From: an uncultured Photobacterium sp.
Lineage (GTDB): Bacteria > Pseudomonadota > Gammaproteobacteria > Enterobacterales > Vibrionaceae
Direction: 5' to 3'
Assembly: GCA_947039005.1 (NCBI GenBank)
Contig: CAMQXY010000013.1
Coordinates: 21,003 to 45,002 of the forward strand
DNA length: 24,000 nt
Each line of letters starts with the position of its first letter. Positions within the stretch are counted from its first letter, which is position 1. The translations under genes and the position numbers were made by a program. Below are positions 8,153-15,218 of the stretch, piece by piece. The notes under the pieces were generated by a model. The model saw only the letters and a list, made by a program, of their open reading frames with translations, had not been told where the DNA came from and searched no databases.

Positions 8153-8175
8153 TCGTAGCGTAATCAAAAATTATA

Positions 8176-8211
8176 ACGGGCGAGTTACTTAGTAACTCGC
8201 CCGTTTTTTTT
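8176..8211 (+). terminator. Rho-independent terminator of the purA paralogue
   Basis: ACGGGCGAGTTAC tta GTAACTCGCCCGT forms a 13-bp perfect stem, followed by TTTTTTTT. Confidence 0.9.
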
Positions 8212-8574
8212 ATAAGAATGATACACAATTAACCTCGAAGCTATTTTCCCGCAGTAATACAGCACATCTACTACCATATCACTTGCCGTTTGTAACGAAA
8301 TCTGAGGTAAAGACTCATCAATCGAGTGGCAGCCTTTTTATTGTTGTTAGCAAGAGAATTAACAAGATAATTATACCAATCCCATTAATTAAGTGGTTAT
8401 CTTTCAAAGCATTAGATTCTCTATCGCCCTCGCGGGCATTCACTGTAGGGAATGACGAAAGGGGAGGCATTAAATGAAGTCAGAAACTTATTGTGATTGG
8501 TATTAATATGATGTTATGGGGTTTTGTGAGCTTAGTAGCGTATTAAGTGTGAGGTGCTTATGGGGAAGGTGTTA

Positions 8575-8608
8575 TAGATAGCAAATATAGATAAGTATTT
8601 GCTATCTA
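8575..8608 (-). terminator. 3' stem-loop just downstream of the PTS IIA gene (possible terminator or mRNA-stabilising hairpin; no clean U-tract)
   Basis: TAGATAGCAAATA-N8-TATTTGCTATCTA forms a 13-bp perfect stem, 8 nt beyond the IIA stop codon on the minus strand. Confidence 0.4.
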
Positions 8609-8616
8609 AAAGAAGA

Positions 8617-8976
8617 TTATTTTTTTAAGAGGGCTTGTTCTAATGCATATAAACGACGATTTTGTTTAATCATTTTCTGAATTAATTCACGCTCAGATAA
8701 TGTTGTCATTAAGTGATCTTGTGCATGCACCATAATCATACTAACCGTCATTTTTTCACCACAGATTTCTTTGCGGATCAATTCTGTCTGTACTTCATGG
8801 GCTTTAAGTACGCTTTCATTGCACTTTTCCATCATAGAGAGAGCGCCATCAAAATCACCGTCTTCAGAGAGACGCAACCCTTCATAAGCATAACCTTTAG
8901 CTTCACCTGAATAGCTTACGATAGAAAAAACAATTCTTTCTAGATCTTCATTTATATCAACGGTTGCTGTTGTCAT
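8617..8976 (-). CDS. PTS lactose/cellobiose-family EIIA component
   Basis: 119 aa. The helical-bundle pattern and C-terminal MIMVHAQDHLMTTLSERELI match E. coli ChbA LVLVHAQDHLMTSMLARELI, which contains the phosphorylatable His. AAGGA RBS upstream of ATG 8976. Confidence 0.85.
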   Translation of the reverse strand: MTTATVDINEDLERIVFSIVSYSGEAKGYAYEGLRLSEDGDFDGALSMMEKCNESVLKAHEVQTELIRKEICGEKMTVSMIMVHAQDHLMTTLSERELIQKMIKQNRRLYALEQALLKK

Positions 8977-9049
8977 TAGTATTCCTTTACATCAGTAGAG
9001 TTTTTTATTTTGATGGATAGAGATTAGCATGAATTTAAATTAGCTCTAT

Positions 9050-9086
9050 AAAACTTCATTTCACAAATTACGTGAAATGAAGTTTT
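9050..9086. promoter_or_regulatory. Perfect 15-bp inverted repeat (AAAACTTCATTTCAC-N7-GTGAAATGAAGTTTT): candidate operator/activator site of the divergent PTS promoters
   Basis: Arms at 9050-9064 and 9072-9086 are exact reverse complements. The repeat ends one base before a TTGACG -35-like hexamer. It is the longest perfect palindrome I found in any promoter-containing intergenic region of the window. Confidence 0.5.
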
Positions 9087-9087
9087 G

Positions 9088-9116
9088 TTGACGGAATAAA
9101 TAAAAATATTATTAAT
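9088..9116 (+). promoter_or_regulatory. Putative sigma70-type promoter of the IIB gene (and possibly downstream genes)
   Basis: TTGACG (9088-9093), a 17-nt spacer, then ATTAAT (9111-9116), about 40 nt upstream of ATG 9155. Confidence 0.3.
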
Positions 9117-9154
9117 AGTGTTGTTTTTATATTTAAATGACTAAGGAAAGTGTG

Positions 9155-9490
9155 ATGAATATCTTATTAGTATGCGCTGGTGGATTCTCTACGACCATGA
9201 TGATGGAAGAGATGAAGAAAACTATTAATAAAAGTGAAAAATTAAACATCGAAGATTTTGTTATGGAAGCTATTCCTGTTGATCGTTTACCTGAAAAAAT
9301 AGAACAGTTCGATGTTATTTTGGTTGGTCCACAACTTGGTCATAAATATATTCAAATCAAAAAAACATCAGATGAAAATAATAAACCCTCTGTACTGTTA
9401 ACTGCTGAAATATATGGCTCTATGGATGGTGCAACAGTGTTGAAACAAGCATTAATCGCACACAAAAAACATCAAATGGCGGCAGTGTAA
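9155..9490 (+). CDS. PTS lactose/cellobiose-family EIIB component
   Basis: MNILLVCAGGFSTTMMM contains the active-site Cys in the position of E. coli ChbB IYLFCSAGMSTSLL, and VILVGPQLGH corresponds to VVLLGPQIAY. Start moved to ATG 9155 (AAGGAAAG at 9143-9150). Confidence 0.85.
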   Translation: MNILLVCAGGFSTTMMMEEMKKTINKSEKLNIEDFVMEAIPVDRLPEKIEQFDVILVGPQLGHKYIQIKKTSDENNKPSVLLTAEIYGSMDGATVLKQALIAHKKHQMAAV

Positions 9491-9528
9491 TCTTTCTTTA
9501 TGATCTTTTCTCATTAAGAATAAATAAC

Positions 9529-9557
9529 AATGAGCCTAATTAACAGGCTCATTTTTT
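9529..9557 (+). terminator. Canonical intrinsic terminator located between the IIB and IIC genes (internal attenuator?)
   Basis: AATGAGCCT aattaac AGGCTCATT forms a 9-bp perfect stem with a 7-nt loop, followed by TTTT. It lies 39 nt after the IIB stop and 36 nt before the IIC start. Confidence 0.7.
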
Positions 9558-9592
9558 AGATGCTTTGATCTACGAATATAAAGGTTATTGAA

Positions 9593-10936
9593 ATGAGTGT
9601 ATTTGCTAGTTTCGAAAGACTGATTGGTCGGGTATTAGTACCGATTGCTGAAAAAATAGATAAACAAGTTCATTTAAGTGCGGTTAAAAAAGGGATGGTC
9701 GTCTTAACGCCTATCCTTTTATTAGGTTCAATGGCATACCCACTTAAAGCCTTAAAAAATGTTTTTTCAGACTCGGTTGCTGTGCAAGAGTGGTTTGTTA
9801 ATAACGTATATCTAATTGATTTATTGATTAAATTCTCGCTTGGTTTTATTGCTATTTATACTGTTATTTCTATCGCTTTCTTCCTCAGTGAAGGCTATAA
9901 AATCTATACGGTTGGTGCGATAGCCTTATCATTGTTTGCCTTTTTGATAATGACGACCTCGGTTAATCCTGATGGTTCATTAGACGTGACATTCTTTGAT
10001 TCTAAAGGCTTATTTACGGCTATTTTTATTTCGATAGCTTGTGTGGAAATATACCGTTTCTTCACAAAAAATAAGCTTGTTATAAGAATGCCTGAAGGTG
10101 TGCCTGACTTTGTTTCCAGCTCCTTTGAATTAATCACACCGACCGCGTTTATTGCAGTATTATTTCTTTCTCTACGTTATTTTATTGCTGATATGACAGG
10201 TGGTTTATTATTGCCTGAAATTGTAATGGATGTATTAGCTCCAGTTGTTGGCAGTTTAGATAACTTATTAGTGGTATGGTTTGTTATTTTACTTCGTTTA
10301 TTATTTTGGTTTTTTGGTATTCACTCTGCAGTATTAAGCCCTATTCTTTCACCTGTTTTTGTGCAGTATTTATCTGAAAACATTGCGGCTAAACAGATTG
10401 CTGCTGAGTTACCTCACTTTGTGACAGGCGGAACATTTTCGGCATTCGTAAACTTTACGGGATCCGGTGTGACCATTGGTTTAGTTATTGCGATGATGAT
10501 CGCAAAAACGCAACGTTATAAAAAAGTAGGGCAGGTATCTTTAGTTCCAAGCTTATTTGGTATTAACGAACCCGTATTATTTGGTGCGCCAATTATACTT
10601 AACCCAATATTATTTATTCCGTTTGTGATCGGCGGCTCATTAATTGGTATTTTTCCATTAGTGCTTATGAAGTATGGCTTCTTAGCAAAACCATTTTTTG
10701 ATCCTCCGTACTTACCGTTATTCTTTGAAGGTTATTTAACTGGCTTTGACTGGAAAACACCGTTTGTTCAAATGGTACAAATCATGGCGTCATTCTGTGT
10801 TTATTACCCATTCTTCCGTGTAATGGATAAGCAAGAAATGGTACGTGAAGAAAAGCTAAAAGCTGAAACAGAAAAGAAATCAGTATTTAGTAAAAAAGAC
10901 GAAGAGTTATTAGACGAGCTCGGTCTCGATTTTTAA
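9593..10936 (+). CDS. PTS lactose/cellobiose-family EIIC permease
   Basis: 447-aa polytopic membrane protein. LLFWFFGIHSAVL and GINEPVLFGAPIILNPILFIPFVIG match E. coli ChbC LLWFFGIHGALAL and [25 protein letters not shown]. Confidence 0.9.
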   Translation: MSVFASFERLIGRVLVPIAEKIDKQVHLSAVKKGMVVLTPILLLGSMAYPLKALKNVFSDSVAVQEWFVNNVYLIDLLIKFSLGFIAIYTVISIAFFLSEGYKIYTVGAIALSLFAFLIMTTSVNPDGSLDVTFFDSKGLFTAIFISIACVEIYRFFTKNKLVIRMPEGVPDFVSSSFELITPTAFIAVLFLSLRYFIADMTGGLLLPEIVMDVLAPVVGSLDNLLVVWFVILLRLLFWFFGIHSAVLSPILSPVFVQYLSENIAAKQIAAELPHFVTGGTFSAFVNFTGSGVTIGLVIAMMIAKTQRYKKVGQVSLVPSLFGINEPVLFGAPIILNPILFIPFVIGGSLIGIFPLVLMKYGFLAKPFFDPPYLPLFFEGYLTGFDWKTPFVQMVQIMASFCVYYPFFRVMDKQEMVREEKLKAETEKKSVFSKKDEELLDELGLDF

Positions 10937-10967
10937 ATGCGAATAGCACCACATTACAGAAGTGATA

Positions 10968-12068
10968 ATGATGAATATGTTGAATATAACAACTTACAGC
11001 GATCAATTTGATGCTTTATTAGTGACGGATACCATTAATAAACGTTATCTAACACAATTTACAGGCAGTGGTGGTTACCTTCTTATGACCGCTGAAAGTA
11101 AAGAATTATTGGTTGCTGGTAAATATGTTGAACAGATTTTTTTGCAAAGTCATGATTGTAATGTGGTGTGTACTGATCACCTTGGTTTGATTGAAACATT
11201 AAAGCAACGCTTAGCACATCACGGCATTCAGCGTCTTGGCATCGAGGCGAACGCATTGAGTTATGCCATGTTTTGTCAATTAGATGAAAATCTATCTCAA
11301 ACATTGGTTGCTACAACTGAGATTATTGAAACATTACGCCAACAAAAAACAGATTCAGAATGTGTTTTGATTAAAAAAGCGTGTGCGATTACTGAGCAAG
11401 CGATTGAACATGCTTTAACGCGTTTCACCCCTAATATGACAGAAAAAGCATTAGGGTTATTGATTGAATTTACTGCGCGAGAATTAGGCGCTGATGATAT
11501 TGATTTTTTGATTGTCGTGTCAGGTAAAAGGGGGGCATTACCTCATGGTCGTCCTAGTGATAAACCGATTTTGATGGGGGAATTAGTCACTATTGATTTC
11601 GGGATTGTTTATCGTGGTTATCATTCTGATGTTACGCGCACGTTTGCTGTTGGAGAAATTAGCCATCAGTTACAGCATATCTATGATGTTGTTTTTCAAG
11701 CGCAACAATTGGGCGTGAGTATGTTGGGGATAGGTGTCGCAACTCAAGATATTGATACTGCGGTACGTAATTACATTCAAGAGCATGGCTATGGTCAGTA
11801 TTTTATTCATGGCTTAGGTCATGGCGTTGGTTTACAAGGGCACGAAATTCCATTTTTAAATCAGCATCAAAATACAGTGTTACAGCAAGGTATGATCGTA
11901 ACAATTGAACCGGGTGTATATATTCCAAACGTTGGTGGTGTACGTATAGAAGATACCTTGTTGATCACTGACAGTGGGGCGGAAAGTCTGACTCATCTTC
12001 CTCGACAATGTCGAGATATCACACAAGATTTTTGTGTTCCCGTTCAGATAGGAGTGCCGAATAAATGA
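10968..12068 (+). CDS. M24B family Xaa-Pro-type aminopeptidase (YpdF-like)
   Basis: GKRGALPHGRPSDKPILMGELVTIDFGIVYRGYHSDVTRTF, HGLGHGVGLQGHE, IVTIEPGVY and GGVRIEDT form the pita-bread metal-ligand set. The sequence is collinear with E. coli YpdF ([40 protein letters not shown]...GGVRIED). The start is ambiguous among GTG 10962 and ATG 10968, 10971 and 10977. Confidence 0.85.
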   Translation: MMNMLNITTYSDQFDALLVTDTINKRYLTQFTGSGGYLLMTAESKELLVAGKYVEQIFLQSHDCNVVCTDHLGLIETLKQRLAHHGIQRLGIEANALSYAMFCQLDENLSQTLVATTEIIETLRQQKTDSECVLIKKACAITEQAIEHALTRFTPNMTEKALGLLIEFTARELGADDIDFLIVVSGKRGALPHGRPSDKPILMGELVTIDFGIVYRGYHSDVTRTFAVGEISHQLQHIYDVVFQAQQLGVSMLGIGVATQDIDTAVRNYIQEHGYGQYFIHGLGHGVGLQGHEIPFLNQHQNTVLQQGMIVTIEPGVYIPNVGGVRIEDTLLITDSGAESLTHLPRQCRDITQDFCVPVQIGVPNK

Positions 12069-13114
12069 ATACCGATCTAATGATGTCACTGACTAATGCT
12101 CATGGACCTTCTGGGCGAGAAGATGAAGTACGAAGTGTGCTTTATCATGCATTAAATGAGGTTGCTGATGAGATCAGTTTTGATGGTCTTGGCAGTATTA
12201 TTGCTCGTTTAAATTCACAGGCGCAAGGACCTAAAGTTGCTATTATTGCGCATATGGATGAAGTGGGATTTTTAATTCAACATATTACCAATGATGGTTA
12301 TTTGAAGTTGTTTAAATTAGGCGGTATTGATCCGCTTATTGCATTAAACAGTGAAATTGAAATTAAAACCCGTTCAGGTAACAAATATCATGGGATTGTT
12401 TTTACAGATAAGCCATTAGCTCACTTAACAATGGATGATCTGTTTGTTGATATTGGCGCAAGTAACAAAGCTGCTGTGGTTGATATGGGTATAGAAATTG
12501 GTGATAGCGCTGTTTTTGCAACCCGTACGCGTGAATTGAATCATAGCGGTAATTATATCGCAAAATCATTTGATGATCGGATTGGATGTTTGCTTGGCGT
12601 TGAGTTAATGCATGCTTGTGCACTGCAAAAATTAGATTGTGATTTGTATTTTATTGGTAGTGCTCAAGAAGAAGTGGGCACGAAAGGCGGTAAAACAGCC
12701 ACAGAAATGCTGCGTCCTGATATTGTGATAGTACTTGATGTTGCATCGACTAAACATACACCCAACCATCACACTGAAAGACGGGTATATGGTCAAGGAC
12801 CTTGTCTTGTTGTGGCGGATAAATGTGCATTAGCAAACTACCCTTTATTGAATTATGTCAGTGATGTGGCACAAAGCCATAGCATTGCGGTTCAGCGTGA
12901 CTTTTTAGCGGGGGGAGGGACGGATAATGGTGCTGCAACGTTAGTGGGATCGGGCATTGCGGGTTTGGCTATTATCTTACCGGTTAAAAATTGTCATAGT
13001 CCTTATACATTAGTGAATGGAAATGACTATAAAAGGTGTTTATCTCTATTAAGTCATACCGTTAATGGTCTTAATCCTGCAATAGTCGCTAGTTTATATA
13101 ACTATGGTCTATAA
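12065..13114 (+). CDS. M42 family aminopeptidase (YpdE/FrvX/SgcX-like; often mis-annotated as endoglucanase CelM)
   Basis: LTNAHGPSGREDEVR, AHMDEVGF, FDDRIGC and SAQEEVGTKGG are the M42 motif series. Its ATG 12065 overlaps the TGA 12066-12068 of the M24 gene (ATGA overlap). Confidence 0.85.
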   Translation: MNTDLMMSLTNAHGPSGREDEVRSVLYHALNEVADEISFDGLGSIIARLNSQAQGPKVAIIAHMDEVGFLIQHITNDGYLKLFKLGGIDPLIALNSEIEIKTRSGNKYHGIVFTDKPLAHLTMDDLFVDIGASNKAAVVDMGIEIGDSAVFATRTRELNHSGNYIAKSFDDRIGCLLGVELMHACALQKLDCDLYFIGSAQEEVGTKGGKTATEMLRPDIVIVLDVASTKHTPNHHTERRVYGQGPCLVVADKCALANYPLLNYVSDVAQSHSIAVQRDFLAGGGTDNGAATLVGSGIAGLAIILPVKNCHSPYTLVNGNDYKRCLSLLSHTVNGLNPAIVASLYNYGL

Positions 13115-13125
13115 CCGCGCTCACT

Positions 13126-13151
13126 ATTAGGTACTTTCATTAGGTACTTTC
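13126..13151. repeat. Tandem 13-bp direct repeat (attaggtactttc x2) in the convergent intergenic gap
   Basis: Two exact adjacent copies at 13126-13138 and 13139-13151. Confidence 0.8.
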
Positions 13152-13152
13152 T

Positions 13153-13180
13153 AAAAAGGAGCAAGAGAATGCTCCTTTTT
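13153..13180. terminator. Bidirectional Rho-independent terminator between the M42 gene and the convergent regulator gene
   Basis: AAAAAGGAGCA agagaa TGCTCCTTTTT: a 6-bp GC-rich core flanked by an A5 run and a T5 run that also pair. Confidence 0.8.
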
Positions 13181-13192
13181 ATTCATCTTTAT

Positions 13193-14878
13193 TTATTGTT
13201 GATTGGTGTTTACTTGTTCATGTAATTGATGAACCGCCCGTAAATGCTTAACGTTATCAACATTAGAGATCATAATAATTTGTTTAAATTGTCGTTGTTG
13301 CGCATCAATGATGGGGGTTGTTAATTGTAAGTTTGTTACGGTGAGTTTTTTACTGTGAGATTGACATTTACCATGGCAGATCAGAACGTGATTTTCGACG
13401 AAATAGTCATGACTGTGTGCATATAATAATGAAAGTACGCCTTTTTTATATTCCGAAGTAACAAATTCTTTTTGCTCCATTTGATCGCATAGCCACTTAA
13501 TGGCTTCTGTTAATGAATTTGCCTGAGCTGTGGGTAATGTGTCGTTGATAGTGTAAGAAATTGTCATTAAATCGGCTAAATCACGATCATCAAAAACCAA
13601 TGTCTCAAAGCTATTTAAGGTATCGATAATAAATTGTTCGCAGTTTAAATGATGACTATTTTGTTGTGCGAGCCGCAATAGTTGGCTTAATGGAATTCGT
13701 GTCTTTTGGGCACGGTGAATCGCGTTATTGACTAATTCAGTGATATAGCTAACTTCTTCATCGCGTAGCGGCTCAACAAGATAATGTTGATATTCAGTAG
13801 TGATCCACTTTATTTGGTTAAATAAGCCATGACTTGCATTACTGTGATCAAAGGCGTGAAGCGTAAGGTTATTCTTAGCTCGATATACTGCCGTTGTTAG
13901 ATAGTTGATAATATCAGTTATTAAGCAGGTATCTGTGACTAAACTGAGTGATAATTTATTATCAACAATCGTTAACAGTTGATAAACAAAACTCTCTGCT
14001 TGAAATCTTTTTTCGAAAAAACTTTCAGTATTACAATTGCTTAAAAAGTATTCAGTTAAGTGTAATGCTTCGTATTTGTAAGAGGGCTGTTGCCATTGTA
14101 ATGCATGGCAAATAATCGGGTAGAGTTGTGTTAATTCTAAAAAAGCCCCATTATTTTTTTGTGCGATTAATGTTCGTTGTTCTATACGATGTAATGTGAT
14201 GATGAGATAAATAGTAAAAATATTTTTAAAATCAGTTTCGAGGCTTTTAGTGTACTGTTTCTCCATCATCTTAATACTATCAATCGCATGCTGAGTGTGA
14301 GTGCTTTCTATATAGTATTTAATTTCATTAAGGATATCTTGCTCATAAAAATAGGGCTTGGAAACAAAATGAATTTTATTATTTTTAAAGTAAAGATATT
14401 TACTGGTATAACACATTGTTAAGTAACGAATTTGCTTTTCTTTTCCGGTTACCGAAATACTATCACCACACAGGTTAATTTGTAGTGCTAATTGATTAAA
14501 TGTCTCATTGACGCGTTTGAGATCTTTATTCAATGTTGTATTACTGACTTTTAAATAATCACGAAGATGACTTAACTTTGGTGTTGGATGAAATAAAGCA
14601 ATAACGGCTATATATTCATCGCGTTCTTCTTTACTAAAAATAAAGTTACTGGCGCTATTATGGCTAAAGAAAAGAGTCGCATCATGCGAATACTGTAAAG
14701 CGCCATGATCTAATTCAATCAAAGGTAAAGATAATCGATCTAAATAAAAATTAATATTTTCAATGGCATATCGTATGTTTCTTGAACTCATATTAAAAAT
14801 AGTGGCTAACTCATTAATCGTTTTGGCGCTATGAATGAGATAGGTAACAATATCAAAGTGTTTTTTATTTAGGCTCAT
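13193..14878 (-). CDS. PRD-domain transcriptional regulator with N-terminal HTH domains and C-terminal PTS EIIA(Mtl/Fru-type) domain (FrvR/LicR/MtlR-like)
   Basis: MSLNKKHFDIVTYLIHSAKTINELATIFNMSSRNIRYAI aligns with the E. coli FrvR N-terminus MLNERQLKIVDLLEQQPRTPGELAQQTGVSGRTILRDI. A second Mga-like HTH follows (LSHLRDYLKVSNTTLNKDLKRV). The central His-containing helical PRD-like regions include IITLHRIEQ and NNAIHRAQ. The C-terminal HVLICHGKC...LTVTNLQLTTPI resembles an EIIA-2 phospho-His region (FrvR: LAIPHCW...FFITLAQPV). The track's TTG 14923 start is replaced by the first ATG, 14878. Confidence 0.75.
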   Translation of the reverse strand: MSLNKKHFDIVTYLIHSAKTINELATIFNMSSRNIRYAIENINFYLDRLSLPLIELDHGALQYSHDATLFFSHNSASNFIFSKEERDEYIAVIALFHPTPKLSHLRDYLKVSNTTLNKDLKRVNETFNQLALQINLCGDSISVTGKEKQIRYLTMCYTSKYLYFKNNKIHFVSKPYFYEQDILNEIKYYIESTHTQHAIDSIKMMEKQYTKSLETDFKNIFTIYLIITLHRIEQRTLIAQKNNGAFLELTQLYPIICHALQWQQPSYKYEALHLTEYFLSNCNTESFFEKRFQAESFVYQLLTIVDNKLSLSLVTDTCLITDIINYLTTAVYRAKNNLTLHAFDHSNASHGLFNQIKWITTEYQHYLVEPLRDEEVSYITELVNNAIHRAQKTRIPLSQLLRLAQQNSHHLNCEQFIIDTLNSFETLVFDDRDLADLMTISYTINDTLPTAQANSLTEAIKWLCDQMEQKEFVTSEYKKGVLSLLYAHSHDYFVENHVLICHGKCQSHSKKLTVTNLQLTTPIIDAQQRQFKQIIMISNVDNVKHLRAVHQLHEQVNTNQQ

Positions 14879-15141
14879 AACGTAATTAATTTCATCTCTG
14901 CATCGTTCATTCAAACGGAACAATAAAAAATTGAGTGCATAATGGCGTAATAACCCTACTAAAAATGAGATCTATTACACTAAATAATGAAATTATCAGT
15001 AAATTTTATAAATTATGAGAGAGTAAACACATTATCTATATCAAAGACTGAATGTAACAATTGTCATTGGTCGCAATATTATTGATCATTTAGGGTTACA
15101 TCAAAGGAAAAAGCGAGGATAATAATCGCCCTCTAGTGGTT

Positions 15142-15171
15142 CTCGCGGCACATCATGTAATGTGTGGCGAG
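15142..15171 (+). promoter_or_regulatory. Stem-loop in the 5' leader of the trmY-like gene (possible regulatory RNA structure or palindromic operator)
   Basis: CTCGCGGCACAT catgta ATGTGTGGCGAG gives 12 positions with 10 Watson-Crick pairs, one G-T wobble and one G-G mismatch. Flanking GCGAG (15113-15117) and CGCGCTAG (15177-15184) could pair alternatively with the 5' arm. Confidence 0.3.
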
Positions 15172-15218
15172 TGATTCGCGCTAGGATAAGAAAATTTTAA
15201 ACTGCTAGGATATTGATT

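Noticed and set aside
8283-8477. 64-aa TTG-initiated ORF in the purA2/PTS gap
   Set aside because: It has a TTG start with no RBS, its composition is not protein-like, and I recognise no motif. It is kept only as context for the mini-ORF observation.
12065-13114. Reading the M42 gene as an endoglucanase (CelM-type annotation), which would make the cluster an ordinary cellobiose operon
   Set aside because: The motifs are those of the M42 co-catalytic metallo-aminopeptidase family (HxD, DDR, QEEVG). The cellulase label is a historical annotation, and the characterised family members I know of are aminopeptidases.
15133-15147. GGTTC within the trmY-like leader as a tRNA T-loop mimic for autoregulation
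   Set aside because: The flanking bases cannot form a 5-bp T-stem around a 7-nt loop. The resemblance is limited to 5 nt and is expected by chance.
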